From Myxococcota bacterium (GTDB lineage Bacteria > Myxococcota_A > Polyangia > Nannocystales > Nannocystaceae), in the NCBI GenBank assembly GCA_039028615.1, contig JBCCHT010000036.1:32001-96000 (forward strand): 64,000 bases of DNA, given 5' to 3'. Every line of letters starts with the position of its first letter. Within the stretch, counting starts at the first letter, position 1. Below are positions 8,774 to 18,570 of the stretch, piece by piece. A program made the position numbers and the translations under genes. The notes below the pieces were generated by a model that was given only the letters and a program-made list of their open reading frames with translations, did no database searches and was not told where the DNA came from.

Positions 8774-11593
8774 TCAGCCCGATTCGGCCGAATATACGGG
8801 AGCGTCGTGCTCGCGCTGCTCGATGGCGGTCCGCAACAGGGGGTGCTCGGCCAGATCCGGGTCTTCTTCGAGCAGGGTCGCGGCCGCTTCACGAGCGTCG
8901 AGCAGCATCCGCGTGCCCTCGCCCGCAAAGCCCATGAAGCGCAGCCGGGGCACGCCAGCCTGCCGCGTCCCGAAAATCTCGCCGGGCCCGCGCATCGCCA
9001 GGTCGTGCTCGGCCACCGCGAACCCATCGGAGGTCTCGGTCATCACCGCCAAGCGCTGGGCACTCTCGGACTTTGGACCCAGCGCGGTGTGAATGAGGCA
9101 CAGCGACGCCCCCCCTCCCCGACCGATGCGTCCGCGGAGCTGATGCAGCTGCGCGAGCCCGAAGCGCTCGGCGTGCTCCACCAAGATCGCCCGCGCGGCA
9201 GGCACGTCGACGCCGACCTCGATGACGGTGGTCGCCACCAGCACGCGGTAGCGACCCTCCCGGAATGCGTTCATGACCGCGTCTTTGTCCTCGGAGCTCA
9301 TGCGGCCGTGCACGATCCCGATCTCGACGTCGGGCATCAGCTCGCGCAGCGCCGCGGCCGAGGCTTCGACATGGCTGGCATCGATGGCCTCGCTTGCTTC
9401 CACCAGCGGACACACCACGAACGCCTGCGCGTCCTTGCGAACCGCTCGCGCGATGGTCTTGCGCGCCCGCATCAGCGCGGGCTTGCCCGCGAGCAGCCGG
9501 GTGACGGGAGGCTCGCGACCCGGCGGCAGCTCGTCGATGAGCGAGACCTCGAGCTCTCCGTAGGCCGTCAGCGCTAGCGTGCGCGGGATCGGGGTGGCGG
9601 TCATCACCAACAGGTGGGGACGCTCGCCCTTGTCCCGCAGCAGTGCCCGCTGCTCCACGCCGAAGCGGTGCTGCTCGTCGACGACCACCAAGCCCAGGGC
9701 GGCGAACGAGACGTCGGCGACCAATAGCGCATGGGTGCCGACCAGCACGTCGATCTTGCCCGCGGCCAGCAGCGCCAGCAGGCTGTTGCGCTGGGCCCGA
9801 GGCATCGCCCCCGTCAGCAGAGCGACCTTGAGCCCCGCCGTCTTGCACCACGGCTCGAGCGTGCGCAGGTGCTGCTCGGCCAGGATTTCCGTGGGAGCCA
9901 TCAACGCGGCCTGAGCTCCCGCTGCCACCGCGGCTCGGATCGCCGCGAACGCCACCGCCGTCTTGCCCGAGCCGACGTCGCCCTGCAACAGCCGCAGCAT
10001 GGGATGCCCGCTGGCCATGTCGGTCTCGATCTCGTCGATGACCCGCCACTGCGCGCCCGTAGGCTCGAAGGGCAAGCATGCCCGCAACCCCTCGCGGTCG
10101 AAGCCCGCCTCGGGGGTCACGAACGCGGCCTGGTCGACGCACCAGTGTCGACGCCGCCGCAACAACAGCAGCTGCAGCAGGAACAGCTCGCCGAAGGCCA
10201 GGCGCCGATGGGCGGGCGAACGCCCCTGGCGTAGCAGCTGGACGTCGGGCGGTGGGAGGTCGGGCGCGGGGTCGTGCAGCCATCGCAGCGCCTCGGCCAG
10301 GGTCGGCAGCGCATGGGCCTTGGCCAGCTTCTCGGGCAGCAGGTCTTCGATGGCTTCGGTGTCGAGCAGCCGATCGAGCGCCTTGCGGACCACGTTGGAG
10401 ATGGTGCGCGCCCCGATGCCTTCGACCACCGGGTAGCGCACCCCGATCGGCGGCGGCGGGTCGTGAGAGGGGTAGACCTCGGGGTGCACGATGCCGAGCC
10501 GTCCCGCGTGCTCTCGGACCGCGCCGACCACGAGCAGCCGGGCCCCGAGCTCGACGCGCTGGGCGAGGCCGCCGACGCGATGGAACCACCGCAGGGTCAG
10601 CGGCGTGCCGTCATCGTCGACCACCTCGGCCGTGGCGAGAAACCGACCGCCTCGTATGAAGCCCTGGCGGAAGCGCTCGACCATGACCTCGACGGAGATG
10701 ACCTCGCCGTCGGCCGCCTCGCCCGGAGGCTTGCGCTCCCGATGATCGCGATAGCCGGCGGGCAGGAAGAACACCAAGTCTTCGAGGGTGGCCAGCCCCC
10801 GCGTCTCGAGCTTGCTCGCCGTCGAAGGTCCTACCCGCGGCAAGACGGTGACCGGCGCATGGGCGAGCGGCGGCAGCTCGTCGAGCGGCGCTTCGAAGTC
10901 CACGGCCGCCGCGGTGCTGGGCTTCGAGTCCCCCGACCTCTGGGAGGCGGTCTTCTTGCTCGCCCGCTTCTTGCTCGACCCCTTCTTGGCGGACGTCTTC
11001 TTCGCGGCGGTCGCCTTCTTTGCGGCGCCTTTGTTCGTGCTCGTCTTCTTCGCCGCGCCCTCGTTCGCGCTCGACTTCTTCGCAGTGCCCTTCTTTGCGC
11101 CCTTTCTGGCGCTCGACTTCTTCGCCGCCCCCTGGGGGGCGGGCGCCTCGGTCTCCTCGCCGTCGTCGACCGCCGCCTTCGGCCGCGGTTCACCGCGAGT
11201 CGTGCGTCGAGGCGCGGCCGCGGCCGAGGCCGCCCGATGCCGCGGCACTCGTTTGTTGGGTCGCGCGGGAGCAGCCGGCGCCCGGCCTTCCCAGGTCATG
11301 CACAGCCGCATGCCGTGGGCCACGACCACGCTGCGATCCTGACGCCCCAACATGTCGAGGCGCTCGAGCCCTTCGGCGAACGCATCCTGCTCACCGGGCC
11401 GCGACCCCAGCTGCCCGCCCGCTTCCGCGAATGCCCGCCAGGCCTGCCGCAAACCATCGGCGACGCCCGGTGCCTCGATGCGGGCGAACCCCTCGGCCGC
11501 CGCCTCGCTCAACCGATCGCGCAGCACGGCCCACGCCTTGCGGGCCGCCGCGCTGATCGGAGCCGGCTTCGGCTCGGGAGGAGGCACCGCCAC
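8774..11593 (-). CDS. recG: ATP-dependent DNA helicase RecG with a long N-terminal extension
   Basis: RLLQGDVGSGKT, MAPTEILAEQH, DEQHRFGV, MTATPIPRTL, QLHQLRGRIGRG, DLAMRGPGE. Confidence 0.95.
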   Translation of the reverse strand: MAVPPPEPKPAPISAAARKAWAVLRDRLSEAAAEGFARIEAPGVADGLRQAWRAFAEAGGQLGSRPGEQDAFAEGLERLDMLGRQDRSVVVAHGMRLCMTWEGRAPAAPARPNKRVPRHRAASAAAAPRRTTRGEPRPKAAVDDGEETEAPAPQGAAKKSSARKGAKKGTAKKSSANEGAAKKTSTNKGAAKKATAAKKTSAKKGSSKKRASKKTASQRSGDSKPSTAAAVDFEAPLDELPPLAHAPVTVLPRVGPSTASKLETRGLATLEDLVFFLPAGYRDHRERKPPGEAADGEVISVEVMVERFRQGFIRGGRFLATAEVVDDDGTPLTLRWFHRVGGLAQRVELGARLLVVGAVREHAGRLGIVHPEVYPSHDPPPPIGVRYPVVEGIGARTISNVVRKALDRLLDTEAIEDLLPEKLAKAHALPTLAEALRWLHDPAPDLPPPDVQLLRQGRSPAHRRLAFGELFLLQLLLLRRRRHWCVDQAAFVTPEAGFDREGLRACLPFEPTGAQWRVIDEIETDMASGHPMLRLLQGDVGSGKTAVAFAAIRAAVAAGAQAALMAPTEILAEQHLRTLEPWCKTAGLKVALLTGAMPRAQRNSLLALLAAGKIDVLVGTHALLVADVSFAALGLVVVDEQHRFGVEQRALLRDKGERPHLLVMTATPIPRTLALTAYGELEVSLIDELPPGREPPVTRLLAGKPALMRARKTIARAVRKDAQAFVVCPLVEASEAIDASHVEASAAALRELMPDVEIGIVHGRMSSEDKDAVMNAFREGRYRVLVATTVIEVGVDVPAARAILVEHAERFGLAQLHQLRGRIGRGGGASLCLIHTALGPKSESAQRLAVMTETSDGFAVAEHDLAMRGPGEIFGTRQAGVPRLRFMGFAGEGTRMLLDAREAAATLLEEDPDLAEHPLLRTAIEQREHDAPVYSAESG

Positions 11594-11686
11594 GACGGCC
11601 GCAGGCTAGCAGCCGGGCCGCCGCCGCGCCCCGAACCACGACGAACGCCCGACGCGAGCGCCGGGCGACTTTGGCGTCCGTCGGCC

Positions 11687-12292
11687 TCAGGCCGGCGGGA
11701 TGAACGAGAACCGCAGCTCGTGGTCACACAAGCGATAGAGGGTGCCCTCTTCGATCTTGTGGTTGTCCACGCGCTCGCCGTTGAACTCGACGCCGTTGGT
11801 GCTGCCGAGATCCTTGACCAAGTAGTCGCCGTCCCGTCGCACGATGGCGCAGTGCCGTCGCGAGATGTTGGCGTCCTTGATGGGGAGATCCGAGTACTTG
11901 GACCCGCGACCGATCACGAACTGCTCCTGGTCGATCGAGTAGCACTGGCCCTCGAAATACAGGTACAGCGGGCGCGTCTTGGAGGTCGAGTCGGGCACGG
12001 GGGCCGGCGCGACCGGAGCCGGCGCCGCTGCGGGAGCGGCCGCTCGAGGAGCCCCGCCCGGCGGGCGAGGCAAAGACGCGGGTCGAGATCGTCCCGGAGG
12101 TGCCGATGGACCGGGCGAAGGGGGTGGCGCCTGCTTGGCGCCGTCGCTGGCCGCCGGCTTTTTCTTGGTGAACAGCTGGACCAACGCCGCCTGAACGACA
12201 TCGTCGGTGCTGATCTCCCGGCGTTGGGCAAGCGCTTCGACCCGGGCCCACAGGTCGTCTCTGCACGTGAACTGTCGGAGTGTCCTGCCCAT
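11687..12292 (-). CDS. FHA-domain protein with an N-terminal ribbon-helix-helix-like segment and a Pro-rich linker
   Basis: Canonical FHA residues (IGRG, ISRRH, GSTNG). The N-terminus LRQFTCRDDLWARVEALAQRREISTDDVVQAAL resembles an RHH. Confidence 0.8.
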   Translation of the reverse strand: MGRTLRQFTCRDDLWARVEALAQRREISTDDVVQAALVQLFTKKKPAASDGAKQAPPPSPGPSAPPGRSRPASLPRPPGGAPRAAAPAAAPAPVAPAPVPDSTSKTRPLYLYFEGQCYSIDQEQFVIGRGSKYSDLPIKDANISRRHCAIVRRDGDYLVKDLGSTNGVEFNGERVDNHKIEEGTLYRLCDHELRFSFIPPA

Positions 12293-12363
12293 ATCCGCTC
12301 GTTGCACGCCGCGAAGCCGCGTCTCCCTCCAGGGAGAAGGCCATACATGTGCGGTCGGACCGC

Positions 12364-12392
12364 ATCCTAGAAGCAAGCGTGAGAGCGGTCAA
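12364..12392 (-). promoter_or_regulatory. Sigma70-type promoter of the RHH-FHA gene
   Basis: TTGACC-N17-TAGGAT on the minus strand. Confidence 0.55.
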
Positions 12393-12506
12393 TATCCTGG
12401 CGCAGACGCATGACCGGGGCCTGCCCGTCTGCGCAGGTGCTGCCGAGGCCGAGACCCGGTCGATCGACTCGGGGACCCGAGGCTATGCTGCCCCGACCAC
12501 TCCCCC

Positions 12507-14159
12507 GTGGACGCGACGATGCCTGCCCCCGAACGCCGATGGCCCCGCACTCGTGCCCTTTGGCCGGCCCTCGCCTCGTTCGGCGCCCGCGGGCTCCCGG
12601 TCGCGGCGCTGGGCCTGGGCCTTTGTTGGTCGTCCACCGCCGCCGCGGCCCCGGGCCAAGGTCTGAGGCTGGGCGGAATCGAGCCCCAGGGTCCCGCGAC
12701 TCGCGCAGTCACCGGCCTGTACCACAACCCGGCCATGCTGGCGGCGATCCCGGGAACGGCCGTGCACGCCTCCATGGGCGCCGGGATTCAGCAGCAACGG
12801 ATCCAGCGCAACACCATCGACCCGCTCACGGGCGAGCCCACGGCCAACCTCGGCTCGACCACCTGGCTGCGCAACGGCGGCCTGTCCTACTTCGCCGGGG
12901 CGAGCGTGTACTTCGATCCGATCGCCGTAGGCATCGGGATCTACGACCTGGGCAGCCGCTACCAGTCCAACTCCGACGGGCCGCTGCGCTACCACCTGGC
13001 GCCCGACCCCGACGTGCGCTGCCTGAGCCTCCGGCTCGATCGCTGCCCGCCCAATGGCGGCTCGGTGCGATCTCAGCAGGACCTCACCATGGCGCTGGCG
13101 TGGAACGGCGGCCGCGTGAAGCTGGGGGCGGCGCTGCACCTGCCGATCGTCTACGAGCGCTTCGCCTTCGACAACGACACGGAGCTCATCGGAAGCGATC
13201 TCATCACGGTGGCCACGTGCACCGACAAAGAGGACCCGACCTGCACCGAGCGGGTGGGCTTCAAGGGCCGCACACAATGGATCCCCCGCAATGACGTCCC
13301 CTCGGGCTTCGACTTTGCGCTGACGGTGGGCGCCTCGGTGAGCCTGGCCAAGGACACGATCACGCTGGGCTTCCGCTATCGCAGCCCCGCATTGCGCCGC
13401 CGCGGAGAGCTGGTGCTGGGCGGGGTGGCGCTGGTGTGCCTGCCCGAGGGCGAGGAAGACCCCGAGCAGAGCGAGCAGGTCCCTGCCTGCGACACCGCGC
13501 AGCCGGTGGGGGCCATCGTGCGTCAGCCGATGCCGCAGCAGATCGCCCTGGGCAGCTCGTTCGCCCTGGGGCCCGCCCGGCTGTGGCGTCTCGATCTCAA
13601 CGCGTACTGGATCGATCTGTGCCCGGGCGGCCTGGCCCCCTCGCAGTGCCCCAGCGCGGGCTCGCAGAACCTGCGCCTCATCGGCCTCGACCGGCAGAGC
13701 GCCGCCCTCCCCGAGTTCTCCCGCTACCGCGGCTCGATGGACCTGTTCGGGGTCGACGCGTACACCCGCTATCGCGCCAAGCGGAACATCTACGTCCTCG
13801 CTGCGGCTCACTTCGCCACGCCTTCGGTGCGACGCGGGGCGACCTCGGCCGCCTTCGACGAGAGCTGGCGGTTGGGCACCAGCGGGGGCGTACGCGTACG
13901 ACTACGCCGGGCCGGCGTCGTGCTCGTACCCGGGTACGGTTTCGACGTCATGCTGCCGCGACGCATCGGCGCCGAGGACGTGTTGTTCAGCCCCGCCGCG
14001 GCGACCGCGTTCAACGAGGGTAGTGGAGACTTGAACGCACCCGGCGCGGATTCGGTGTTGCAGGGCCGAGGTCGACCGACCAACGCGGGCCGCTATTTCG
14101 GCATGCTCCATACCGTGTCGTTCGCCCTCATGTGGGGCGAACGCGACGTGCTCGACTGA
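12507..14159 (+). CDS. Putative outer-membrane beta-barrel transporter, FadL/TodX-like
   Basis: Signal peptide, LYHNPAML (FadL-type NPA motif), alternating amphipathic strands, several Cys pairs in probable loops. Confidence 0.6.
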   Translation: MDATMPAPERRWPRTRALWPALASFGARGLPVAALGLGLCWSSTAAAAPGQGLRLGGIEPQGPATRAVTGLYHNPAMLAAIPGTAVHASMGAGIQQQRIQRNTIDPLTGEPTANLGSTTWLRNGGLSYFAGASVYFDPIAVGIGIYDLGSRYQSNSDGPLRYHLAPDPDVRCLSLRLDRCPPNGGSVRSQQDLTMALAWNGGRVKLGAALHLPIVYERFAFDNDTELIGSDLITVATCTDKEDPTCTERVGFKGRTQWIPRNDVPSGFDFALTVGASVSLAKDTITLGFRYRSPALRRRGELVLGGVALVCLPEGEEDPEQSEQVPACDTAQPVGAIVRQPMPQQIALGSSFALGPARLWRLDLNAYWIDLCPGGLAPSQCPSAGSQNLRLIGLDRQSAALPEFSRYRGSMDLFGVDAYTRYRAKRNIYVLAAAHFATPSVRRGATSAAFDESWRLGTSGGVRVRLRRAGVVLVPGYGFDVMLPRRIGAEDVLFSPAAATAFNEGSGDLNAPGADSVLQGRGRPTNAGRYFGMLHTVSFALMWGERDVLD

Positions 14160-14224
14160 GCCGTTCGCTCCCACGGAGACGGCCATCGCTGGTGGCCCCG
14201 GACTTGGTTGGTACACTGCGAACG

Positions 14225-16408
14225 GTGCGCCTTTCGCTCACGCTGTTGATCTCCGCCTGTTTGCTCGCCCCCGCCTCGGGCTGCGCTCACCGAAAGACCC
14301 CGGTCGTCGAGGTCCCCGAAGCGCCACCGGCCATCGGCGATCTCGATGCCTTCGAGCAAGAGCTCAACCGGTACGCGCTGCTGCCCATCGACCACCCCTC
14401 CCGCGAGGGCTACCGCCAGGCGCTGTCCACCTTCCTGGTCGACTACCTCGGCAAGGCGCTCGAGGCCGACAACGAGGCCGAGGCCCACACCGCCCTCGAC
14501 TTCACGCTGGGCCTTTACACGCCCACGGAGCTGCGCCGGGCCAAGCCCGACGCCGCGCTCACGTCCGCGGCCGAGCAGCTGTACCGACGCTCGGCACGGC
14601 ACGGCGCCGAGATGCCCTCGCTGTTCGCCCTGGCGGTGATTCAGCGCTTTGGTGACGACGCCGCCCGCGAGGACGCGCTGTCCCGCTGGGAGGAGCTCGA
14701 GCGCTGGCTCGTGGACAATGGGCCCTTCTCCACCGAGCCCCTGCTCGCCCACGAGGAGCTCGAGCGCGCGCTCGAGACCATCGCCGCCAGCTTCCCCACC
14801 CCCTTCGTCGTCCAGCGACTCTCCGATCTCTACGTCGCGCGCTACGAGCAGGCCAAAGAAGCCCACGCCGCGGGCGGGGGCCTCGGCACCACCTCGCAGC
14901 AGCGCATCGACATCACCGGGTACCTGCTCATGCGGCTGTACCTGCGCGCCGACGATCCCAACGGGGCCTTGACGGCGATGGACCGGGTCGAGAGTAGCGC
15001 ACCCGTGCGACAGCTTCGCGACACGGTCGACAAGGCCTTCAACAGCCGCCGCAGCGCCCAGCGGTTGCTGTCGCTGGCCGACAAGCTCCGCCCCGAGCCC
15101 GACGCCGACCCCGGCCTGCCCTACGTGACGCAGTCGTGGGGCATCATCCACAACCTCAGCCGTCGGGCTCTGCAGGCGCACCCCAAAGATCCCTTCGTGC
15201 ACCTGATGCGGGCCGAAGCCCTGCGCCAAGACGGCCTCGTCGCCGCCGCGCTGCACCACCTGCGTCGCAGCCTGGAGCTCAAAGACGACGTCTACGAGAC
15301 GTGGGAGACCCTGGCGCAGCTCGAGCAAGTCGAGCTCGACGAGCTCGCCCACACCGATGCCGATGCCGCCCTGGTCCGGCTCGCCGAGGTCGAGGCGCTG
15401 CACCAGCGCGCGATGAAGCTGTGGAGCGATCGCCCGATCCGCCCCGGCCTTCCCGAGGCCTACTTCACGGTGGCCGAGGGGCTGTACCAGGCGGGCCGCG
15501 TCGACGATGCGGAGGCACTGCTCGACAAGAGCCTGGCCATCGAGGCCCAGCCGCACGCCCTCGACCTGCTGGGCACCATCGCCTTCAAGCGGGCGCAGTT
15601 CGGCGCCGCCCAGGCCCACTACGAAGACCTCGCGCGCCTGCCCTACGAGGGCACCAGCACCAAGCTCCGCTGGGAGGCGCGCGCCCGCGGGCAGCTCGGT
15701 GAGATCGCCCTGCGCCGCGGCGACTCCGAGGCCTCCACCGCGCACTTCCGCGTGGCACTGCGCCAGACCAACGAGCTGCTGACCCAGCCCACCAACACCG
15801 TCGAGACCCAGGCCAACCGCATCCTGGAGCGGGGCCGCCTGCTGTTCTTCCTCGGCGAGGTCGAGCTGGCCACCCAGGACTTCGAGTACGCCCACGAGCT
15901 CGAGCCCGGCTTCACCCGGGCCTACGCGGAGCCCATGCTCCAGCTCGTCTCGCACGGCTACTACTACGAAGCAGTGGAGATCTTCCGCCGGGCCATGGAC
16001 CGCGGCGACGTCCCGCGTGATCTCAAGCTCTACTTCAGCCTCTGGCTCAACGATCTCGCCCTGCGACAGGGCCGAACGCCCGACACCGTGGCGGCCGCGT
16101 TCCTGCACGACTACGAGGGCAAGGGCTGGGGCTCCATGCTGGCCCGCCACGCCCGCGGCGAGGTCGACTACCCGGCGCTGCTCGACGGGGCCGGAGACGC
16201 GGGCCAGCGCGCGGAGGCGTTCTTCTACGAGGGCCTACGCCGCTGGCGGGCGGGCGACCCCGAGGGCGCCAAAGACCTGCTGCAGAAGGTGCTCGACAGC
16301 GGCCTCATGGGCTTTTTCGAGTACGACATGGCCCAGACCTATCTCGGCTGGGGCGAGCTACCCGCCGACGCCCGCTCGCCCGGCATGGGCGGCGTTGCTC
16401 AACATTGA
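14225..16408 (+). CDS. TPR lipoprotein with an NlpI-like C-terminus
   Basis: Probable lipoprotein signal (LLAPASGC), repeated TPR-like helices, C-terminal AEAFFYEG..AKDLLQKVL..FFEYDMA. GTG at 14225 is preferred over the ORF start at 14132. Confidence 0.7.
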   Translation: MRLSLTLLISACLLAPASGCAHRKTPVVEVPEAPPAIGDLDAFEQELNRYALLPIDHPSREGYRQALSTFLVDYLGKALEADNEAEAHTALDFTLGLYTPTELRRAKPDAALTSAAEQLYRRSARHGAEMPSLFALAVIQRFGDDAAREDALSRWEELERWLVDNGPFSTEPLLAHEELERALETIAASFPTPFVVQRLSDLYVARYEQAKEAHAAGGGLGTTSQQRIDITGYLLMRLYLRADDPNGALTAMDRVESSAPVRQLRDTVDKAFNSRRSAQRLLSLADKLRPEPDADPGLPYVTQSWGIIHNLSRRALQAHPKDPFVHLMRAEALRQDGLVAAALHHLRRSLELKDDVYETWETLAQLEQVELDELAHTDADAALVRLAEVEALHQRAMKLWSDRPIRPGLPEAYFTVAEGLYQAGRVDDAEALLDKSLAIEAQPHALDLLGTIAFKRAQFGAAQAHYEDLARLPYEGTSTKLRWEARARGQLGEIALRRGDSEASTAHFRVALRQTNELLTQPTNTVETQANRILERGRLLFFLGEVELATQDFEYAHELEPGFTRAYAEPMLQLVSHGYYYEAVEIFRRAMDRGDVPRDLKLYFSLWLNDLALRQGRTPDTVAAAFLHDYEGKGWGSMLARHARGEVDYPALLDGAGDAGQRAEAFFYEGLRRWRAGDPEGAKDLLQKVLDSGLMGFFEYDMAQTYLGWGELPADARSPGMGGVAQH

Positions 16409-16475
16409 GCACTTCGGGGCCGCTGCTCCAATTGCCGACGCCCGGGCCGCGTAAAGCGAACTCGGGCGTCGTCGT

Positions 16476-16550
16476 TGGAGGCGCGGGCCGGATTCGAACC
16501 GGCGAATGGAGCTTTTGCAGAGCTCTGCCTTACCACTTGGCCACCGCGCC
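16476..16550 (-). tRNA. tRNA-Cys (GCA)
   Basis: Minus strand reads GGCGCGGTGGCCAAGTGGTAAGGCAGAGCTCTGCAAAAGCTCCATTCGCCGGTTCGAATCCGGCCCGCGCCTCCA: cloverleaf, GCA anticodon, TTCGAAT T-loop, encoded CCA. Confidence 0.97.
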
Positions 16551-16649
16551 GTGGGGCGGGGTTCGTACCACGGGCTCTGCGGCAGAGCAAGGCTCCCCGC
16601 CGCGGAACTCGACGGTCCTCGAACCGGGCGCAGATGAGCCCTAGCGACG

Positions 16650-16687
16650 AAAAAAGGGCGGTGCCGGTTCGAGACCGGGCACCGCCC
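16650..16687 (-). terminator. Intrinsic terminator after the coiled-coil gene
   Basis: GGGCGGTGCC..GGCACCGCCC stem with an adjacent A6 run (U-tract on the minus strand). Confidence 0.75.
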
Positions 16688-16713
16688 ATTTGGAGTCCGA
16701 GAAGGATTCGCGG

Positions 16714-17556
16714 CTAGAGTCCGCCGAGCGGATCGTCTCCGTCGTTCAGACCCAGCTTCTCCTTGCGCCCGGTGCTCTTGGGCTTGACGGGGCTGGACGA
16801 CGAGGAGGAAGAGGAGCTGCTGCTGGAGCCGCTCTTCTTCTTGCGAGGCTTGCGGGCCTTGCCGCTCTTCGAGGAGGCCTGCTCCTGCTCGGCCTCGTTG
16901 GCTGCGATCTGCTTGTCGAGCGCCTGCAGCTTCGCCTCGAGTTCCTTGCGCTTGCTCTCGTCACCCTTGGCGGCCTCGATCTCGGCCTGGAGATCGGTGC
17001 GCTCTTTTTCCATGCGCGCCTGCTCGGCCTCGAGGGCATCGAGCTTGGCGGTGATGGCCTCGAGGGCCTCGGCCTGCTTGGCCGCGAGTTCCTCGGCCTT
17101 GGCCTTCTGTTCGGCCTCTTGCTCGGCCTCGGCGTTGCTGCGGTACCACATGACACCCGCGCCAACGATGCCGAGGAACAGCACGGGCACCACGACCAGC
17201 GGCCACTTGGGCTTGGCCTTTTCTTCGCTCAGCTTGATCTGAGCGTCGAGGCGCATCTGCTCCTCTTTGAGGCGAGCCTCTTGCTCCGCGCGAGCGCGGG
17301 CCTCGGCCTCCTGCACTCGCATTCGCTCCTCACGCTCGAGGGCCTCGCGAGCCTGTCGCTCGGCTTCGAGTCGGGCGGCCTCTTCGGCGGCTTTGCGCTC
17401 GGCCTCTTCGCGAGCGATTCGCTCGGCCTCGAGCCGGGCGTTTTCTGCGGCCTGGGCCGCAGCCACGCGAGCTTGTTCCTCTTCGTTGACTCGATCGGCT
17501 TCGAGGTTCTGTAGCTCGCTCAACGCCATCAAGGCGGAGTTCTCGGAATTGTCCAT
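16714..17556 (-). CDS. Single-TM coiled-coil hypothetical protein
   Basis: E/A/R-rich coiled coil, TM segment WPLVVVPVLFLGIVGAGVMW, second coiled coil, Ser-rich tail ending DDPLGGL. Confidence 0.8.
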   Translation of the reverse strand: MDNSENSALMALSELQNLEADRVNEEEQARVAAAQAAENARLEAERIAREEAERKAAEEAARLEAERQAREALEREERMRVQEAEARARAEQEARLKEEQMRLDAQIKLSEEKAKPKWPLVVVPVLFLGIVGAGVMWYRSNAEAEQEAEQKAKAEELAAKQAEALEAITAKLDALEAEQARMEKERTDLQAEIEAAKGDESKRKELEAKLQALDKQIAANEAEQEQASSKSGKARKPRKKKSGSSSSSSSSSSSSPVKPKSTGRKEKLGLNDGDDPLGGL

Positions 17557-17773
17557 GGTTCTCGGTCCTCTCCTCGTCCTTACTCTGTTCAACGAACGAC
17601 ACGGTCGTTCGTTCCCCGGCTTTGCGGTCCGACCTTCATCGAGCGGTCGGTCCGGCTTCGCCCCTTCCTCTTCCCTGGATTCGCCCCGTCAGCGCGCCGT
17701 CGACGGGGATGCACCGATTGAGAATTTGCCCAATTTTTCTTCGCGATGCCACCCCAACGGTAGCGTGCGTGGC

Positions 17774-18352
17774 ATGTCGGCCCGTGGCCCGTCTCTTCTT
17801 CGCTCCTGGAAGCTCGGCTTGCTCCTCGCGCCCGTGCGCGTGCGACTGTCGGTGGCCGCCGGTATGGCAATTGGGGTGCTGGGCACCGCTGCAATGGCTT
17901 CTACGCCCGCGCCTACATCTCCCACTCCGGTGATGACCCGGATCCAACACAGCCGGGTGCTCTCGTATCCCGCCGATCATGTATGGCCGGCCGCGATTCG
18001 TTATCTGCGAGTCGACCGAAAATACTCGCTGGTCGATCGCGATCGGGAAGCCGGCTTCATCCTGTTCGATTTTCCCGTCGGCACGAACCCCGATGGCCCC
18101 TCCGGCCGGGGCAGCCTCGAGCTGGTCACCACGAAGGACGCGTCGGGGCGCCCCTCTGTGAAGCTCAACGTGAGCACCGACGCGGGGCCCACCCACCTGC
18201 CGCACGCCATTGCCGACGGGGTGGCCTCGAAGCTGCGGGAGGAACGCGGTCAACCCGCACCTCCGCCGCGCACCGAGCCCCCGACGCCGCCCAAGCCTCC
18301 GGTCGAAGACGACGGCCCCTGGGCCAACCAACCGCCCGACAGCGGCCTCTAG
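17774..18352 (+). CDS. Exported hypothetical protein with a Pro-rich tail
   Basis: Signal-like N-terminus and a compact alpha/beta core (YPADHVWPAAIRYL..DREAGFILFDF). Start chosen from the TAGCGT -10 box 7 nt upstream. Confidence 0.65.
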   Translation: MSARGPSLLRSWKLGLLLAPVRVRLSVAAGMAIGVLGTAAMASTPAPTSPTPVMTRIQHSRVLSYPADHVWPAAIRYLRVDRKYSLVDRDREAGFILFDFPVGTNPDGPSGRGSLELVTTKDASGRPSVKLNVSTDAGPTHLPHAIADGVASKLREERGQPAPPPRTEPPTPPKPPVEDDGPWANQPPDSGL

Positions 18353-18570
18353 AAGCCCCCTGCGGGCTGCGAGCACGCCGGGCCAACCAGGGTCGCCCCC
18401 CTTCCCTCCTGCCGCCGCAGGAGCGTGGGCTCGGGCCGCCTTTCCGGTGCGGTACCGTAGAACCTGGGGCGATTGAACGCGCGGCGATCCCTCTGCGGGA
18501 ACGCATTACGACGGTTGCGCGCGGGCCTTTGCGATCGCGTCGCCGGGCATGGCATGACCCGGAGCACGTC

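Noticed and set aside
16409..16713. Integrated element at tRNA-Cys
   Set aside because: No integrase and no duplicated tRNA 3' end seen, and the flanking genes look native.
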